Source: an uncultured Pseudomonadales bacterium
GTDB lineage: Bacteria > Patescibacteriota > Microgenomatia > UBA1400 > PJMF01
NCBI GenBank assembly: GCA_964583795.1
Contig: CAZOWX010000001.1
Span: 30,569 to 94,568, forward strand
DNA: 64,000 bases
Direction: 5' to 3'
In this document: positions 29,951-39,993 of the stretch, piece by piece
Position numbering within the stretch: position 1 is the stretch's first letter
How the letters are laid out: each line of letters opens with the position of its first letter
The notes under the pieces: generated by a model
What the model saw: only the letters and a program-made list of their open reading frames with translations
Databases searched by the model: none
Told to the model about the DNA's origin: nothing
Program-made: the position numbers and the translations under genes

Positions 29951-31474
29951 ATGGGTAATCCCAAAATAAAGCCACAATCACTCGAGAAAATAAACTTCTT
30001 ACTTGGACTTGTTATTGTGCTACTGATTGCAATAGGTGTCAGAATCCCTCAACTCAACAGCTCTTTTTGGCTGGACGAAGCTGCTCAAGCCCTCGAGAGT
30101 ATTCGTCCGTTTTCTCAGCAACTTTTGATCGACCATGATTTCCAACCCCCACTGATGCATATTTTGGTTCATCTCTTTACATTAGCCAACAGCTCTGAGT
30201 GGTGGTTACGTCTGGTATCACTCATCAGTGGATTGGGAACAATTATTGCCACTTTTGCGCTTACAAAGCGTATTGCTAACACAAAAGTCGCGGTACTCAC
30301 CACATTATTTCTGACAATCAACTCGTTTCATGTTTTTTACTCACAGGAATTACGCCCCTACGCATTGACTGGGTTATTTGTCGCAACTGGTTGGTATTTG
30401 GTTGTCAGGATCGCAGAGTATCAAACTTTTCATCCCAAATTACTAATTTTGCTGGTTCTCAATAGCATAGCCGGTATGTATAGCACCTACTTATTTCCTT
30501 TTGCATTCCTAGGACAGTTGCTTTTTCTGATGTCACGACGCAATACCAAAGCTATTGCTCAAGCCTTGATCTCTGGACTGGTAACCACTCTAGCGTTTTT
30601 ACCCTGGATTCCTTTTTTATTCGGACAAATGAAAGTCGGCAGAGCACTACAACAAAGTACTCCTGCATGGCAGGCTGCAGTAGGGACACCCCAGCTCAAA
30701 GCACTGCAACTGGTTGTGGGAAAGTTTGTTTTTGGAGTCATTGACTTAGAAGTCGATGTTCTTTTCGTCTTTACCACCCTGATCATCTTGGGCTTAACTG
30801 CATTTCTACTTCATCAGCTTCACCGAAAAATTGGTATTACCACTCAGCTGATCATCGGCGGGTGGTTCGTACTTCCAATATTTATCATTTGGATATTTTC
30901 CTTTTTCCTACCCATAATTCAACCGAAACGAGTACTGTTTGCACTGCCTGCTTTTGAACTCATTTTCGCTTTAGTAATTGTGTATGGTTGGCAATGGAAA
31001 AAAACAAAAATTGCCGCAATGGTATTACTCATTTTGTTGACAGCCTCGCATCTTTTTGGTACTTTTGCGTACTATTTCAATCCCAAATATCAACGGGAAG
31101 ACTGGAAGAGCATTATTACTCAGATTGATACCAATTTTTCTGCGAGCAATACTATCGTGGTTTTTCGATTTGATCACCCCTTTTCACCATGGGATTGGTA
31201 TCACCATCAATCATTTTCGAGTGTCGCGACAGGAACAGCCACAAAAACAAGTGTCGAGCAAGTGCCTGATTCAATTTCAGCGGTACTCGATTATCAGAAC
31301 GTGATTGTGTTTGACTACCTCGCAGATCTTACCGACCCAAATCACACTGTCGAACAGTATTTAACCCAGTATAATTTTCAAGCAGGACAACTTTTTGTTG
31401 ATCCCAATATTGGTTTTGTTCGAGTTTACTCGAAAGGTGGCAGCTTTGCTCTCAACACTAAACGTCACTATTGA
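29951..31474 (+). CDS. GT-C membrane glycosyltransferase (PMT_2-like)
   Basis: FWLDE, DFQPPL, WLRL.S, YSQELRPY, REDW. Confidence 0.85.
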   Translation: MGNPKIKPQSLEKINFLLGLVIVLLIAIGVRIPQLNSSFWLDEAAQALESIRPFSQQLLIDHDFQPPLMHILVHLFTLANSSEWWLRLVSLISGLGTIIATFALTKRIANTKVAVLTTLFLTINSFHVFYSQELRPYALTGLFVATGWYLVVRIAEYQTFHPKLLILLVLNSIAGMYSTYLFPFAFLGQLLFLMSRRNTKAIAQALISGLVTTLAFLPWIPFLFGQMKVGRALQQSTPAWQAAVGTPQLKALQLVVGKFVFGVIDLEVDVLFVFTTLIILGLTAFLLHQLHRKIGITTQLIIGGWFVLPIFIIWIFSFFLPIIQPKRVLFALPAFELIFALVIVYGWQWKKTKIAAMVLLILLTASHLFGTFAYYFNPKYQREDWKSIITQIDTNFSASNTIVVFRFDHPFSPWDWYHHQSFSSVATGTATKTSVEQVPDSISAVLDYQNVIVFDYLADLTDPNHTVEQYLTQYNFQAGQLFVDPNIGFVRVYSKGGSFALNTKRHY

Positions 31475-32570
31475 TATTTCTCCAATCGTGTATCGACGAG
31501 GAGTATCGCTCTACACCACAAATCTTATTGAAGCACTGCTGAGACAGGATTCTGTGAACGTCTCTGTTTTTGGCAGCTCATTGCGACAAACACCACTGTT
31601 ACAAAAATTTGTTCGAGAACATTCAAAATTAAAGCGCTCAAAACTGCTGCCATTCCCTCCGAGCATTTGGCCGCATCTTTGGTATACCCTGCACTGGCCT
31701 CAGATTGAACTAATGACAACAAAGACTGATGTGTTTCACGCTTGGGAAGAGCTTATTCCGCCAACTCAAAAAACTCCAGTGGTCGCTACCATTCATGATT
31801 TAGCTATTTTAAAATTTCCAGAAACCGCACATCCCAGTACTCTGGCTAAACATACAGCAGCATGGGATCAGTTGAAAAAAACCGACTCACACGTGATTGC
31901 GGTCAGTCAGGCGACCAAAAAAGACGTCATTGAACTGCTACATTTTAAACCGGAAAAAGTGCATTTGGTTTATGAGGCTTTACCACAAGAACATCAACAA
32001 GAAGTGAGTTCAACTGATCAACAAAAAATTTTACAAAACCATGGCCTTCCATCGAGCTATATTTTGTTTGTCGGAGCACTCGAACCACGAAAGAATATTT
32101 CTAACCTCATCAAAGCTTGGCAGCCACTCCAAAATGATGTTGGACTCGTGATTGCCGGCGCACAACAATGGGGAGTTGAGCTCGATCAATCAGTCAAAAA
32201 CTTATTCTTTTTAGGCAGAGTTGGCAATAAAACATTGACGACTCTTTTCCAACATGCAAGTGTGTTTGCCTACCCTTCGCTCTACGAAGGATTTGGTCTT
32301 CCCATTCTTGAAGCTTTTTCGTATGGCGTTGCAGTTCTAACCTCAAACAATAGCGCCATGTCCGAAATAAGTGGCAACGCTGCCGTTTTGATTGATCCTA
32401 GAGAAGTTGACAGTATTCATCACGGATTAGTCCGTTTACTCAACGAAAATAGTGCCCAGCGCGAGTATCGACGTAAAGCCATGAAACTACAATTGCAGTT
32501 ATTCAATTGGGATACTACAGCACAAAAAACAGTAAAAGTTTATCAAAAGGCCGTCATTGATCGTACATAA
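31446..32570 (+). CDS. GT4 glycosyltransferase (MtfB-like)
   Basis: RGVSLY, TIHDL, EPRKN, YPSLYEGFGLPILEA. TTG start after AAAGGTGG is inferred. Confidence 0.88.
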   Translation: MLSTLNVTIDISPIVYRRGVSLYTTNLIEALLRQDSVNVSVFGSSLRQTPLLQKFVREHSKLKRSKLLPFPPSIWPHLWYTLHWPQIELMTTKTDVFHAWEELIPPTQKTPVVATIHDLAILKFPETAHPSTLAKHTAAWDQLKKTDSHVIAVSQATKKDVIELLHFKPEKVHLVYEALPQEHQQEVSSTDQQKILQNHGLPSSYILFVGALEPRKNISNLIKAWQPLQNDVGLVIAGAQQWGVELDQSVKNLFFLGRVGNKTLTTLFQHASVFAYPSLYEGFGLPILEAFSYGVAVLTSNNSAMSEISGNAAVLIDPREVDSIHHGLVRLLNENSAQREYRRKAMKLQLQLFNWDTTAQKTVKVYQKAVIDRT

Positions 32571-32590
32571 CAACTACCGCAACCTTCAAC

Positions 32591-33841
32591 ATGAGTGAGC
32601 AAACACAATCCGCAACCATACTTCATATCGGAATCGACGCGAACGAGGCGAACATCGACTCTCGAGTGGGTAGTAATGTTTATGCGTTTAAGCTCCTGGA
32701 AGCACTCGAGAAGCTTACTCGCGATGATCATACTGTCCAGTTCACTTTATTTTTAACTGAATCAGCAAAACCTGGAATGCCGCTAGAGCGTCAGGGATGG
32801 AAATACATGTTGGTAACACCAAAGCGTTTTGCGACGCAGTGGGGATTATCACTGGCTTTATTTCGCTTGAGAAAACAAATTCAGCTCTTCTTTAGTCCTG
32901 GACATTACGCCCCTCGCTTGTGCCCAATCCCATATATTAGTAGTGTGATGGACTTGGCGTTTTTATACTTTCCTCAACAATTCAAACAAAGTGACCTTTG
33001 GCAACTTCGTCTTTGGACACAGTACTCAGTGAAAAATGCCAAACGCATCGTAAGCATCAGCGAGTTTACCAAACAGGATGTTTCGAAAAAGTATCGAATC
33101 GCACCTGAAAAAATTTCTGTTCTATACCCCGCAATTAATACTCAACAACCGCGTAGAGAAAATCAAAACTCTCGGCAAATAACGTTTCATAAATATCACA
33201 TCAGCGAACCGTACATTTTATACGTGGGAACAATTCAACCCAGAAAAAATTTGATTCGACTCGTGGAAGCCTTTGAACATCTGAAACTCAAGTACCAAAG
33301 CGAAGTTGCCAAATCACAGCAAAATCAACCTCCCAAATCAAAACGTAATCGAAAACAAAAAATGTCTTCGACAAATCATCCTTATCAAGATTTAAAACTG
33401 GTCATTGCAGGAAAAGAAGGTTGGCTATCCGCTCCCATCATGCAACGAATTAAAAAAAGTGTGTATCACCAAGATATTATCGTTACCGGATATGTCACTG
33501 AAGAAGAAAAAAGCATTCTTTATAACCACGCCAAATGTAGCATCTTAATTGGCTTACACGAAGGATTTGGGATGCCTGCACTGGAGTCACTACAATTTAA
33601 AGTTATTCCTGTCGTTTCAAATACTACCAGTCTACCGGAAGTGGTTGGCGAAGCGGGTATTACAGTGTCACCCTACAACTCAGTGCAAGTTATGAAGGGG
33701 ATTGATAAAGCGCTACACTTAACGTTAAAACAAAGAAAAGAGTTTGAGCAAACAGCATCTCGTCAGTTAGCTCAATTTAGTTGGGACGAAAGCGCCAAAA
33801 AACTTCTTGAATTATTTCAAAACACTCTACAAAAATCATAA
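32591..33841 (+). CDS. GT4 glycosyltransferase (MtfB-like)
   Basis: IGIDA, RVG..Y, GTIQPRKNL, HEGFGMPALE, SLPEV. Confidence 0.9.
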   Translation: MSEQTQSATILHIGIDANEANIDSRVGSNVYAFKLLEALEKLTRDDHTVQFTLFLTESAKPGMPLERQGWKYMLVTPKRFATQWGLSLALFRLRKQIQLFFSPGHYAPRLCPIPYISSVMDLAFLYFPQQFKQSDLWQLRLWTQYSVKNAKRIVSISEFTKQDVSKKYRIAPEKISVLYPAINTQQPRRENQNSRQITFHKYHISEPYILYVGTIQPRKNLIRLVEAFEHLKLKYQSEVAKSQQNQPPKSKRNRKQKMSSTNHPYQDLKLVIAGKEGWLSAPIMQRIKKSVYHQDIIVTGYVTEEEKSILYNHAKCSILIGLHEGFGMPALESLQFKVIPVVSNTTSLPEVVGEAGITVSPYNSVQVMKGIDKALHLTLKQRKEFEQTASRQLAQFSWDESAKKLLELFQNTLQKS

Positions 33842-33867
33842 CTACGTTCATCGAAGTTGATTCAAGT

Positions 33868-34377
33868 ATGCCAGTTTCCACTCCCACATTTTTAGCGATC
33901 GATCCTGGATACGACCGCTGCGGTTGGGCCGTATTGAATACAAAGAACAAGAGCACCGCTGTCGCTTACGGCTGCATCCAAACTGAGATAAAAACAACGT
34001 TTTTTGAACGAATGAAAAAAATTGAGGTTTTGTTGCAACACATTATTGAGCAGTATCAACCCACAGAACTTGCAATCGAAACTTTATTTTTTGCGAAAAA
34101 TCAAAAAACTGCACTTCGAGTCGCCGAGCTTCGTGGGGCAATTACTTTAGTATGTCTGCAACACGCAATGACTATTTTTGAGTACCGACCAATAGACGTA
34201 AAACTCGGAGCAACGGGAAATGGCCGAGCAGATAAAAAAGCTGTTGAAAAAATGATTCGACTACAACTTCAGATACCTGCCTCAGAAAAGCTGATTGACG
34301 ACACACTCGATGCGCTTGCAGTTGGCGTTACCCATCAAACTTCCAGAAAACTTCACCTGATGAAACACCAAGAGTGA
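33868..34377 (+). CDS. ruvC: Holliday junction resolvase RuvC
   Basis: IDPG, AIETLFF.KN.KTA, G.G.ADK, DD..DALA. Confidence 0.95.
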   Translation: MPVSTPTFLAIDPGYDRCGWAVLNTKNKSTAVAYGCIQTEIKTTFFERMKKIEVLLQHIIEQYQPTELAIETLFFAKNQKTALRVAELRGAITLVCLQHAMTIFEYRPIDVKLGATGNGRADKKAVEKMIRLQLQIPASEKLIDDTLDALAVGVTHQTSRKLHLMKHQE

Positions 34378-34443
34378 GTCTTCACGAGCCGACTCAAAAC
34401 CAGTATAGTAAAAGCGAATAAAAAGCGAAAAACAACACGTTCT

Positions 34444-35007
34444 ATGATTGGTCGTTTGACAGGTATACCGCAACTGTATGGCAATGAGTTCATCATTGAT
34501 GTCAACGGAGTAGGGTACAGCGTGTTTGTGGGAACCGCTACATTAGCTCAAGTTATGCATCAGACTCAAGTTCAGTTGTGCATTTATACACACGTCCGAG
34601 AAGATACTATTTCGCTATATGGCTTTTTAAGCCCACAACATAAAACTCTATTCGAACATTTGTTAGCAGTGTCGGGTATAGGACCCAAATCAGCTTTAGC
34701 AATTGCTGATCGGGGAGTAGAGCCAATCACTCAAGCAATTCAACAAGCTGATATCGGTTTTTTCACACAAATTCCTCGAGTTGGCAAAAAACTCGCTCAA
34801 AAAATTATTATTGATTTGCGCTCAAAACTTGGCGCGCTCAAAGAGCTTGATCTCACTGCAGAGTCACAACAATACACCGATGTAGTGACGGCTTTAGAAA
34901 ATCTGGGTTTTGCCAAAAGTGAAATCTATCAAGCAATACAAAGAGTAGACATTGAGCAATTGAGTCTCTCTGATGCAATTAAAGCCACCATGAAACAATT
35001 GTCATGA
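34444..35007 (+). CDS. ruvA: Holliday junction branch migration protein RuvA
   Basis: IDVNGVGY, HVRED...LYGF, VSGIGPK.A, ALENLGF. Confidence 0.95.
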   Translation: MIGRLTGIPQLYGNEFIIDVNGVGYSVFVGTATLAQVMHQTQVQLCIYTHVREDTISLYGFLSPQHKTLFEHLLAVSGIGPKSALAIADRGVEPITQAIQQADIGFFTQIPRVGKKLAQKIIIDLRSKLGALKELDLTAESQQYTDVVTALENLGFAKSEIYQAIQRVDIEQLSLSDAIKATMKQLS

Positions 35008-36008
35008 ATACACCAATACCTACTGTCACTACTGCTGAAGATGAATTGCTTTTTACTTCTCTGCGAGCAAAAGATTGGAGTGAATTTTGGGGACAGGAAA
35101 CAATAAAGCAATCGCTTCAAATTTCCCTTACAGCTGCGAAACAGCGTGAGGAAGTGATGGATCATACACTGTTTTATGGACCCCCAGGCCTTGGGAAAAC
35201 AACACTATCACATCTAATAGCAAAAGAGATGGGAAGCAACATTCGAATTACTTCTGGGACAGCACTCACAAAACCGGGAGATTTAGCTGCGATTTTAACC
35301 AATCTCGAAAAGGGCGATATTCTTTTTATTGACGAAATCCATCGGTTACCAAAAACCGTTGAAGAAACGCTCTACCCAGCAATGGAGGACTTTGCTTTGG
35401 ACATCGTGATTGGGAAAGGCCCTTCTGCTCGAAGCGTTCGACTCGATGTTCCTCAATTCACTTTAGTTGGAGCAACTACACGGTTTGGTGCGCTGGCAGG
35501 TCCATTTCGCGATCGGTTTGGATTGATTCATCGTCTTGAGTACTACAACCCCAAACAGTTGCAAACCATTATCATCAAAGCAGCAACCAAACTCGACGTT
35601 AAGATTGAACCACAAGCTGCTTTGGAAATAGGACAAAGAGCTCGCGGAACCCCTCGTATCGCTTTGAAATTATTGAAACGAGTGCGCGACTACGCACAAA
35701 TTATGGCCGATGGAATCGTCTCGTTTTCGGAGGTAACGAAAGCCCTCGATATGTTTGCGATTGATGCCTATGGACTTGACCATTCGGACAGGCGGTTACT
35801 GCAACAACTCATTGATCATCATGGTGGGGGCCCCGTTGGACTCACTACCATTGCTGCCAGTCTGAGTGAAGACACCATTACGATCGAAGAAGTACTCGAG
35901 CCGTACTTACTACAAATTGGTTTCCTCAAACGCACACCAAGGGGACGTGTAGTAACAGAAAGAGCGTATCTGCACTTGAAAGTAAAATACCCACATGTTG
36001 ATACATAG
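35004..36008 (+). CDS. ruvB: Holliday junction branch migration helicase RuvB
   Basis: GPPGLGKTT, FIDEIHRL, GATTR, RDRFG, RGTPR, GGPVG, RTPRGR. Confidence 0.97.
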   Translation: MNTPIPTVTTAEDELLFTSLRAKDWSEFWGQETIKQSLQISLTAAKQREEVMDHTLFYGPPGLGKTTLSHLIAKEMGSNIRITSGTALTKPGDLAAILTNLEKGDILFIDEIHRLPKTVEETLYPAMEDFALDIVIGKGPSARSVRLDVPQFTLVGATTRFGALAGPFRDRFGLIHRLEYYNPKQLQTIIIKAATKLDVKIEPQAALEIGQRARGTPRIALKLLKRVRDYAQIMADGIVSFSEVTKALDMFAIDAYGLDHSDRRLLQQLIDHHGGGPVGLTTIAASLSEDTITIEEVLEPYLLQIGFLKRTPRGRVVTERAYLHLKVKYPHVDT

Positions 36009-36020
36009 TAAATTACGGTA

Positions 36021-36100
36021 AGTTGTTATGTTGTTGAGTTGTTACGTTGTTACAACACATACAATTGCACAACAACACAACAACCAACTACTCAACAACT
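36021..36100. repeat. Inverted array of octamer repeats: (NGTTGTTR)x4 facing CAACAAC-type units
   Basis: AGTTGTTA TGTTGTTG AGTTGTTA CGTTGTTA (36021-36052), then CAACACAT ACAATTGC ACAACAAC ACAACAAC CAACTACT CAACAACT (36053-36100). Confidence 0.8.
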
Positions 36101-36172
36101 CCCTATAGGACACCAATGGATCTGCTACTGCATCTGTTTTTTGTGCTAGAATGAACATACGCAACAAAGCCT

Positions 36173-36766
36173 ATGAGTACTCGACCTTTACACCAAAAAA
36201 TCATGACTCGGATTGATGCGATTATTCTCGAGTTTGTAACTGGATTTTTATGGTGGGGGGTTGGGATTGTTCCTCTGCATCATGTCCGGCGATTGTTTTA
36301 CCGATTGTTCGGCATGCGGATTGGTTCTGGATCGAGTATCCACATGATGGCTCGTATCTATGACCCTCGCTATATTCATATTGGTGAAGACACTATCATT
36401 GGAGAAAAAGCCACACTCGATGGGCGAAAGCAGTTACCAAACTCAAAAGGTGGTCTTCGCATCGGTAACCACGTCGATATTGCTTCTGAAGTAATGATCT
36501 GGACCAGTCAACACGATATCTCTTCACCAGACTTTCATCCAGTTGAAGCGAAAGTCGTGATCGAAGATTATGTGTTCATCGGACCTCGCGCTATTATTTT
36601 GCCTGGGGTGACCATAGGTAGAGGTGCAATCATTGCTGCTGGAGCAGTGGTCACTAAAAACGTGCCACCACTAGCTATCATGGGGGGTGTTCCCGCAAAA
36701 GAGATCGGTAAGCGTCCAGTTACAGAACTAAACTATCGCCTTGGTCGATCACGCTGGTTTCAATGA
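36173..36766 (+). CDS. Hexapeptide-repeat sugar O-acetyltransferase
   Basis: Left-handed beta-helix repeats; IEDYVFIG...ILPGVTIG.GAIIAAGAVVTKNV, GGVPAK. Confidence 0.9.
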   Translation: MSTRPLHQKIMTRIDAIILEFVTGFLWWGVGIVPLHHVRRLFYRLFGMRIGSGSSIHMMARIYDPRYIHIGEDTIIGEKATLDGRKQLPNSKGGLRIGNHVDIASEVMIWTSQHDISSPDFHPVEAKVVIEDYVFIGPRAIILPGVTIGRGAIIAAGAVVTKNVPPLAIMGGVPAKEIGKRPVTELNYRLGRSRWFQ

Positions 36767-37254
36767 AAAAAAAACAAGAAAAATCCTATCGATCAGTACT
36801 GTATTACATAAAAGACTTGCGGTGGCACATATTGTTTTTTTGCAGCGCTTTCATTGGAGTTTTCCCAACTCAGGTACTTATTTTTGTTGGTCTACCGTCT
36901 GTTTTTTTCCTTCTACCAGCATTTCTGTACTTAGTTTTTAACCTGTATAGAGTAACAACTCAACCCAGAAAACGTCATCTGATTATCCTTTTACTTAGTT
37001 TTTTTGTTTTCTATTGCTATTTTCAGTTAACCACAATCTCGGAAATTCAACGAATTTGCACTACTCAAGCAGTTAACTCAATTGATACACCATCTAATTC
37101 ACAACTTAATGAAGTTACAAAAATTCAATATGTTTTGGAATACCGTCAGTGTAAAACTCACTACATGCCGCTCATGAAAAAAGTCTTGATCCATTTTGAG
37201 TACTACTCGATGTGGCAAACACTGATGAGAAAAAACATTACCAGCACTCAATGA
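36763..37254 (+). CDS. Hypothetical membrane protein
   Basis: About 3 TM segments; ATGA overlaps at both ends indicate translational coupling. Confidence 0.6.
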   Translation: MKKKQEKSYRSVLYYIKDLRWHILFFCSAFIGVFPTQVLIFVGLPSVFFLLPAFLYLVFNLYRVTTQPRKRHLIILLLSFFVFYCYFQLTTISEIQRICTTQAVNSIDTPSNSQLNEVTKIQYVLEYRQCKTHYMPLMKKVLIHFEYYSMWQTLMRKNITSTQ

Positions 37255-38225
37255 ATCAACGTCCACTCCTGTCCACTATCATTGTTTCGTACAACACGGC
37301 TGATTTGACCTGTCATTGTGTTTCTTCTGTTCTCAACGAGTATAAGCACAGCAATATTGATGGAGAAATTATTGTTGTTGATAACCACTCGTCGGATGAC
37401 TCAGTGAAAAAACTGAAACGCTTATTTCATGATCACATTCGACTAGTTGAAAATAAAGAAAATGTCGGTTTTGCAGCCGGCAATAATAAAGGCATTCGAG
37501 CGTCTACAGGCAAATATATATTTCTACTCAATTCTGATACGGTGATTCATCCTGGTGATATTAAACAGCTTCTGAATGTTTTTCAGCATCATCCAGATAA
37601 TGACACAGAGTCGCTGGAACATACACACCTGATTGACAGAGTTGGAATTGTTAGTGGTCGACTTGAAAATATTGATGGGACATTGCAAAAGCAAGGTGGG
37701 TCGCTACCCAATCTTTGGGTCATTTGCTTATGGTGGTTACTCCCACTACCTGCACGTCTCGCCAAATTCCCACCTCAGTGGAGCTTACATATCGAACAAG
37801 ATGATTTTTTTGAGCGTGAACAGTTGATGGGTTGGGTCGGAGGAACGGCAATGTTGCTCCGTCGTGAGATGATCGATGAAATTGGACTGCTCGATGAGGG
37901 TATTTTCATGTATGCTGAAGACATAGAGTACTGCCTCAGAGCTCAAAAACATCACTGGGACACTGTTTACATTCCGAGTACGAATATTACTCATTTTGGC
38001 AGTGCGAGTAGCTCGAGTGAGTCCGCTCGTTTCGGTGAAATTGTTGGACTTTTCTACGTATCGCAAAAACACTTCCCAGCCTGGAAAGCTGGAGCTGTTC
38101 GCAAGATTTTGCGCCTTGGCTGCTTACTTCGGTTGGTATTATTTGGTATAATATTGGGAAATGAAAAAAAGAAAAAAAGCTACCAAAAAGCCTTTATTCA
38201 ACTCTCACCCGCTCGCACGTACTGA
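37251..38225 (+). CDS. GT2 glycosyltransferase (WbbL-like)
   Basis: IIVSYN, VDNHSSD, NVGFAAGNN, LLNSD, DEGIFMYAED. Confidence 0.9.
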   Translation: MNQRPLLSTIIVSYNTADLTCHCVSSVLNEYKHSNIDGEIIVVDNHSSDDSVKKLKRLFHDHIRLVENKENVGFAAGNNKGIRASTGKYIFLLNSDTVIHPGDIKQLLNVFQHHPDNDTESLEHTHLIDRVGIVSGRLENIDGTLQKQGGSLPNLWVICLWWLLPLPARLAKFPPQWSLHIEQDDFFEREQLMGWVGGTAMLLRREMIDEIGLLDEGIFMYAEDIEYCLRAQKHHWDTVYIPSTNITHFGSASSSSESARFGEIVGLFYVSQKHFPAWKAGAVRKILRLGCLLRLVLFGIILGNEKKKKSYQKAFIQLSPARTY

Positions 38226-39993
38226 ACGTAGCGATGAGAGCTTTAAAACAAAATTAGGTGCTTCCAAATCAGAGCAAAAATCGTTTATTTGGCGTTTTGT
38301 TGAATGGCTCGATGATAACCTACTATTGCTCATCGCTGGTTTCTTGTTTGCCTTTATTCCCCTGTACCCAAAATTACCACTAGCGGATATTATCCCTGGA
38401 TATATCGTTCGCTTACGACTTGAAGATGTTTTTGTGGTGATTGCTGTGATCATTTATGGAATTCAGATAATCCGAAAAAAAGCCCAGTGGAAAACACCAT
38501 TTACCTGGATTATTGTTGGCTACGCAATTACAGGAATACTTTCAACTCTCTCAGCTGTCTTTATTATAAAAACCGTTCCATTTCAACTCTTACACATTGG
38601 GAAAACATTACTTCATTACTTCCGCTACCTCGAATACTTTTCGCTCTTTTTTATCGCCTATAGCGCTGTAACTTCGCGCCGTGATTTGCAAAAAATCTTA
38701 TTCATTTTTACTCTTACCGTTGTTTTAATTACCGCTTATGGGTATGGTCAAAAATATTTTTATTGGCCGCTGTACTCGACGATGAATCGTGAATTTAGCA
38801 AAGGTCAACGTCTATACTTGACTGAACATGCCCGGGTCCAGTCAACTTTTGGGGGACATTACGACCTGGGTGGATATCTCGCGGTAGCGCTGCCAATGTT
38901 ATTGGCTTTATTTTATACTGTGCGCCAGTGGAAATGGAGAGTTCCCACACTACTGAGTTTCATTGCTGGATTGTGGCTTCTCATCATGAGTGCCTCCAGA
39001 GCTTCATTTGCCGGATTTGTTGCTGGATCTGGATTAACTATTCTACTTCTTGGTTTACAAAGACAAAGTTGGAAAAAGAAAATTTGGTGGACCTTTAGCA
39101 GAGGTATTGCCACCATGTTTCTGATCAGTTACATGTTTATCACCTATGGAGACTCAATATATGAGCGCTTCATTCAGGTGCTTCAGCCTTATCCTCAAGT
39201 TATGAGGATCTACGAGGACATTAATGATACTCGACAAAACCTCATTACCTTCAATTTTTCGAACATTGCAAAGCGATTTTGGCCTGCAGACATCAAACCT
39301 CCTAAAGATGGTTATGCTGTTACTGCCGAAGAGCAAGAAAACACTCACGTACTCGTAACTTCTGACGAAGTCCCCACAGCTACTCGGCCAGCAGACGTTT
39401 ACGTTGAAGTCCCTGATATTATCACCGTTTCCACAACTAGTGCAGAAGGTGTCACGTCGACGACAACTTCCACCAAAGAACGGACATACTCCTATAACGC
39501 ACTCAAATACGGACTTTCAATGGCAATTCGACTTGATACTCTCTGGCCTCAAGCAATCAAAGGTTTCCAAAGAAATCCACTCGTTGGTTCTGGATATGCG
39601 ACGCTAACCAAATCGAGCATTGAACAGTTCACTGAAGCAGAAAGCACCGATAACAATTTCTTGCGCACTTTGGGAGAAACGGGACTCCTCGGGTTTATGA
39701 CTTTTTATGGAACAATTGTCATTAGTTTCTTCATAGCCGGGAAAGTCATTCTCACATCAGATTCATTATTTAACAAAGGTGTTGCTGTTGGTCTGATTTC
39801 GGCTGGTGTAGCACTACTCATCAACGCCGTATACATCGATGTCTACGCTTCCTCCAAAGTAGCATTTTCTTACTGGGCACTCACTGGTTTTGTCTTGGCA
39901 TACTTCATCAAAGAACTGAAAGTTAACCCCATGAGGCCTCAGATACCTGATCGCAATGTGAAAGAGGCCGTGTTACCAAAGTCGAACCAATAA
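38161..39993 (+). CDS. O-antigen ligase/polymerase (Wzy_C/WaaL-like) family membrane protein
   Basis: Polytopic; RVQSTFGG, SASRA, R...W..A...F..NPL.GSG, DN.FLR.LGETGLLG. Confidence 0.85.
   Translation: MKKRKKATKKPLFNSHPLARTERSDESFKTKLGASKSEQKSFIWRFVEWLDDNLLLLIAGFLFAFIPLYPKLPLADIIPGYIVRLRLEDVFVVIAVIIYGIQIIRKKAQWKTPFTWIIVGYAITGILSTLSAVFIIKTVPFQLLHIGKTLLHYFRYLEYFSLFFIAYSAVTSRRDLQKILFIFTLTVVLITAYGYGQKYFYWPLYSTMNREFSKGQRLYLTEHARVQSTFGGHYDLGGYLAVALPMLLALFYTVRQWKWRVPTLLSFIAGLWLLIMSASRASFAGFVAGSGLTILLLGLQRQSWKKKIWWTFSRGIATMFLISYMFITYGDSIYERFIQVLQPYPQVMRIYEDINDTRQNLITFNFSNIAKRFWPADIKPPKDGYAVTAEEQENTHVLVTSDEVPTATRPADVYVEVPDIITVSTTSAEGVTSTTTSTKERTYSYNALKYGLSMAIRLDTLWPQAIKGFQRNPLVGSGYATLTKSSIEQFTEAESTDNNFLRTLGETGLLGFMTFYGTIVISFFIAGKVILTSDSLFNKGVAVGLISAGVALLINAVYIDVYASSKVAFSYWALTGFVLAYFIKELKVNPMRPQIPDRNVKEAVLPKSNQ

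Noticed and set aside
33868-36008. ruvC as a transposon/Cas-related RuvC or a sign of a mobile element
   Set aside because: It is a canonical ruvC-ruvA-ruvB housekeeping cluster; no integrase, transposase or att repeats were found.
36021-36100. Possible CRISPR array or terminator
   Set aside because: Units are 8 bp, contiguous and have no spacers; no cas genes; no GC stem with a U-tract.
3180-36775. A/T homopolymer runs of 8-9 nt in glycan-locus genes as phase-variation tracts
   Set aside because: All genes are in frame and such runs are expected in AT-rich DNA; no long G/C tracts were seen.
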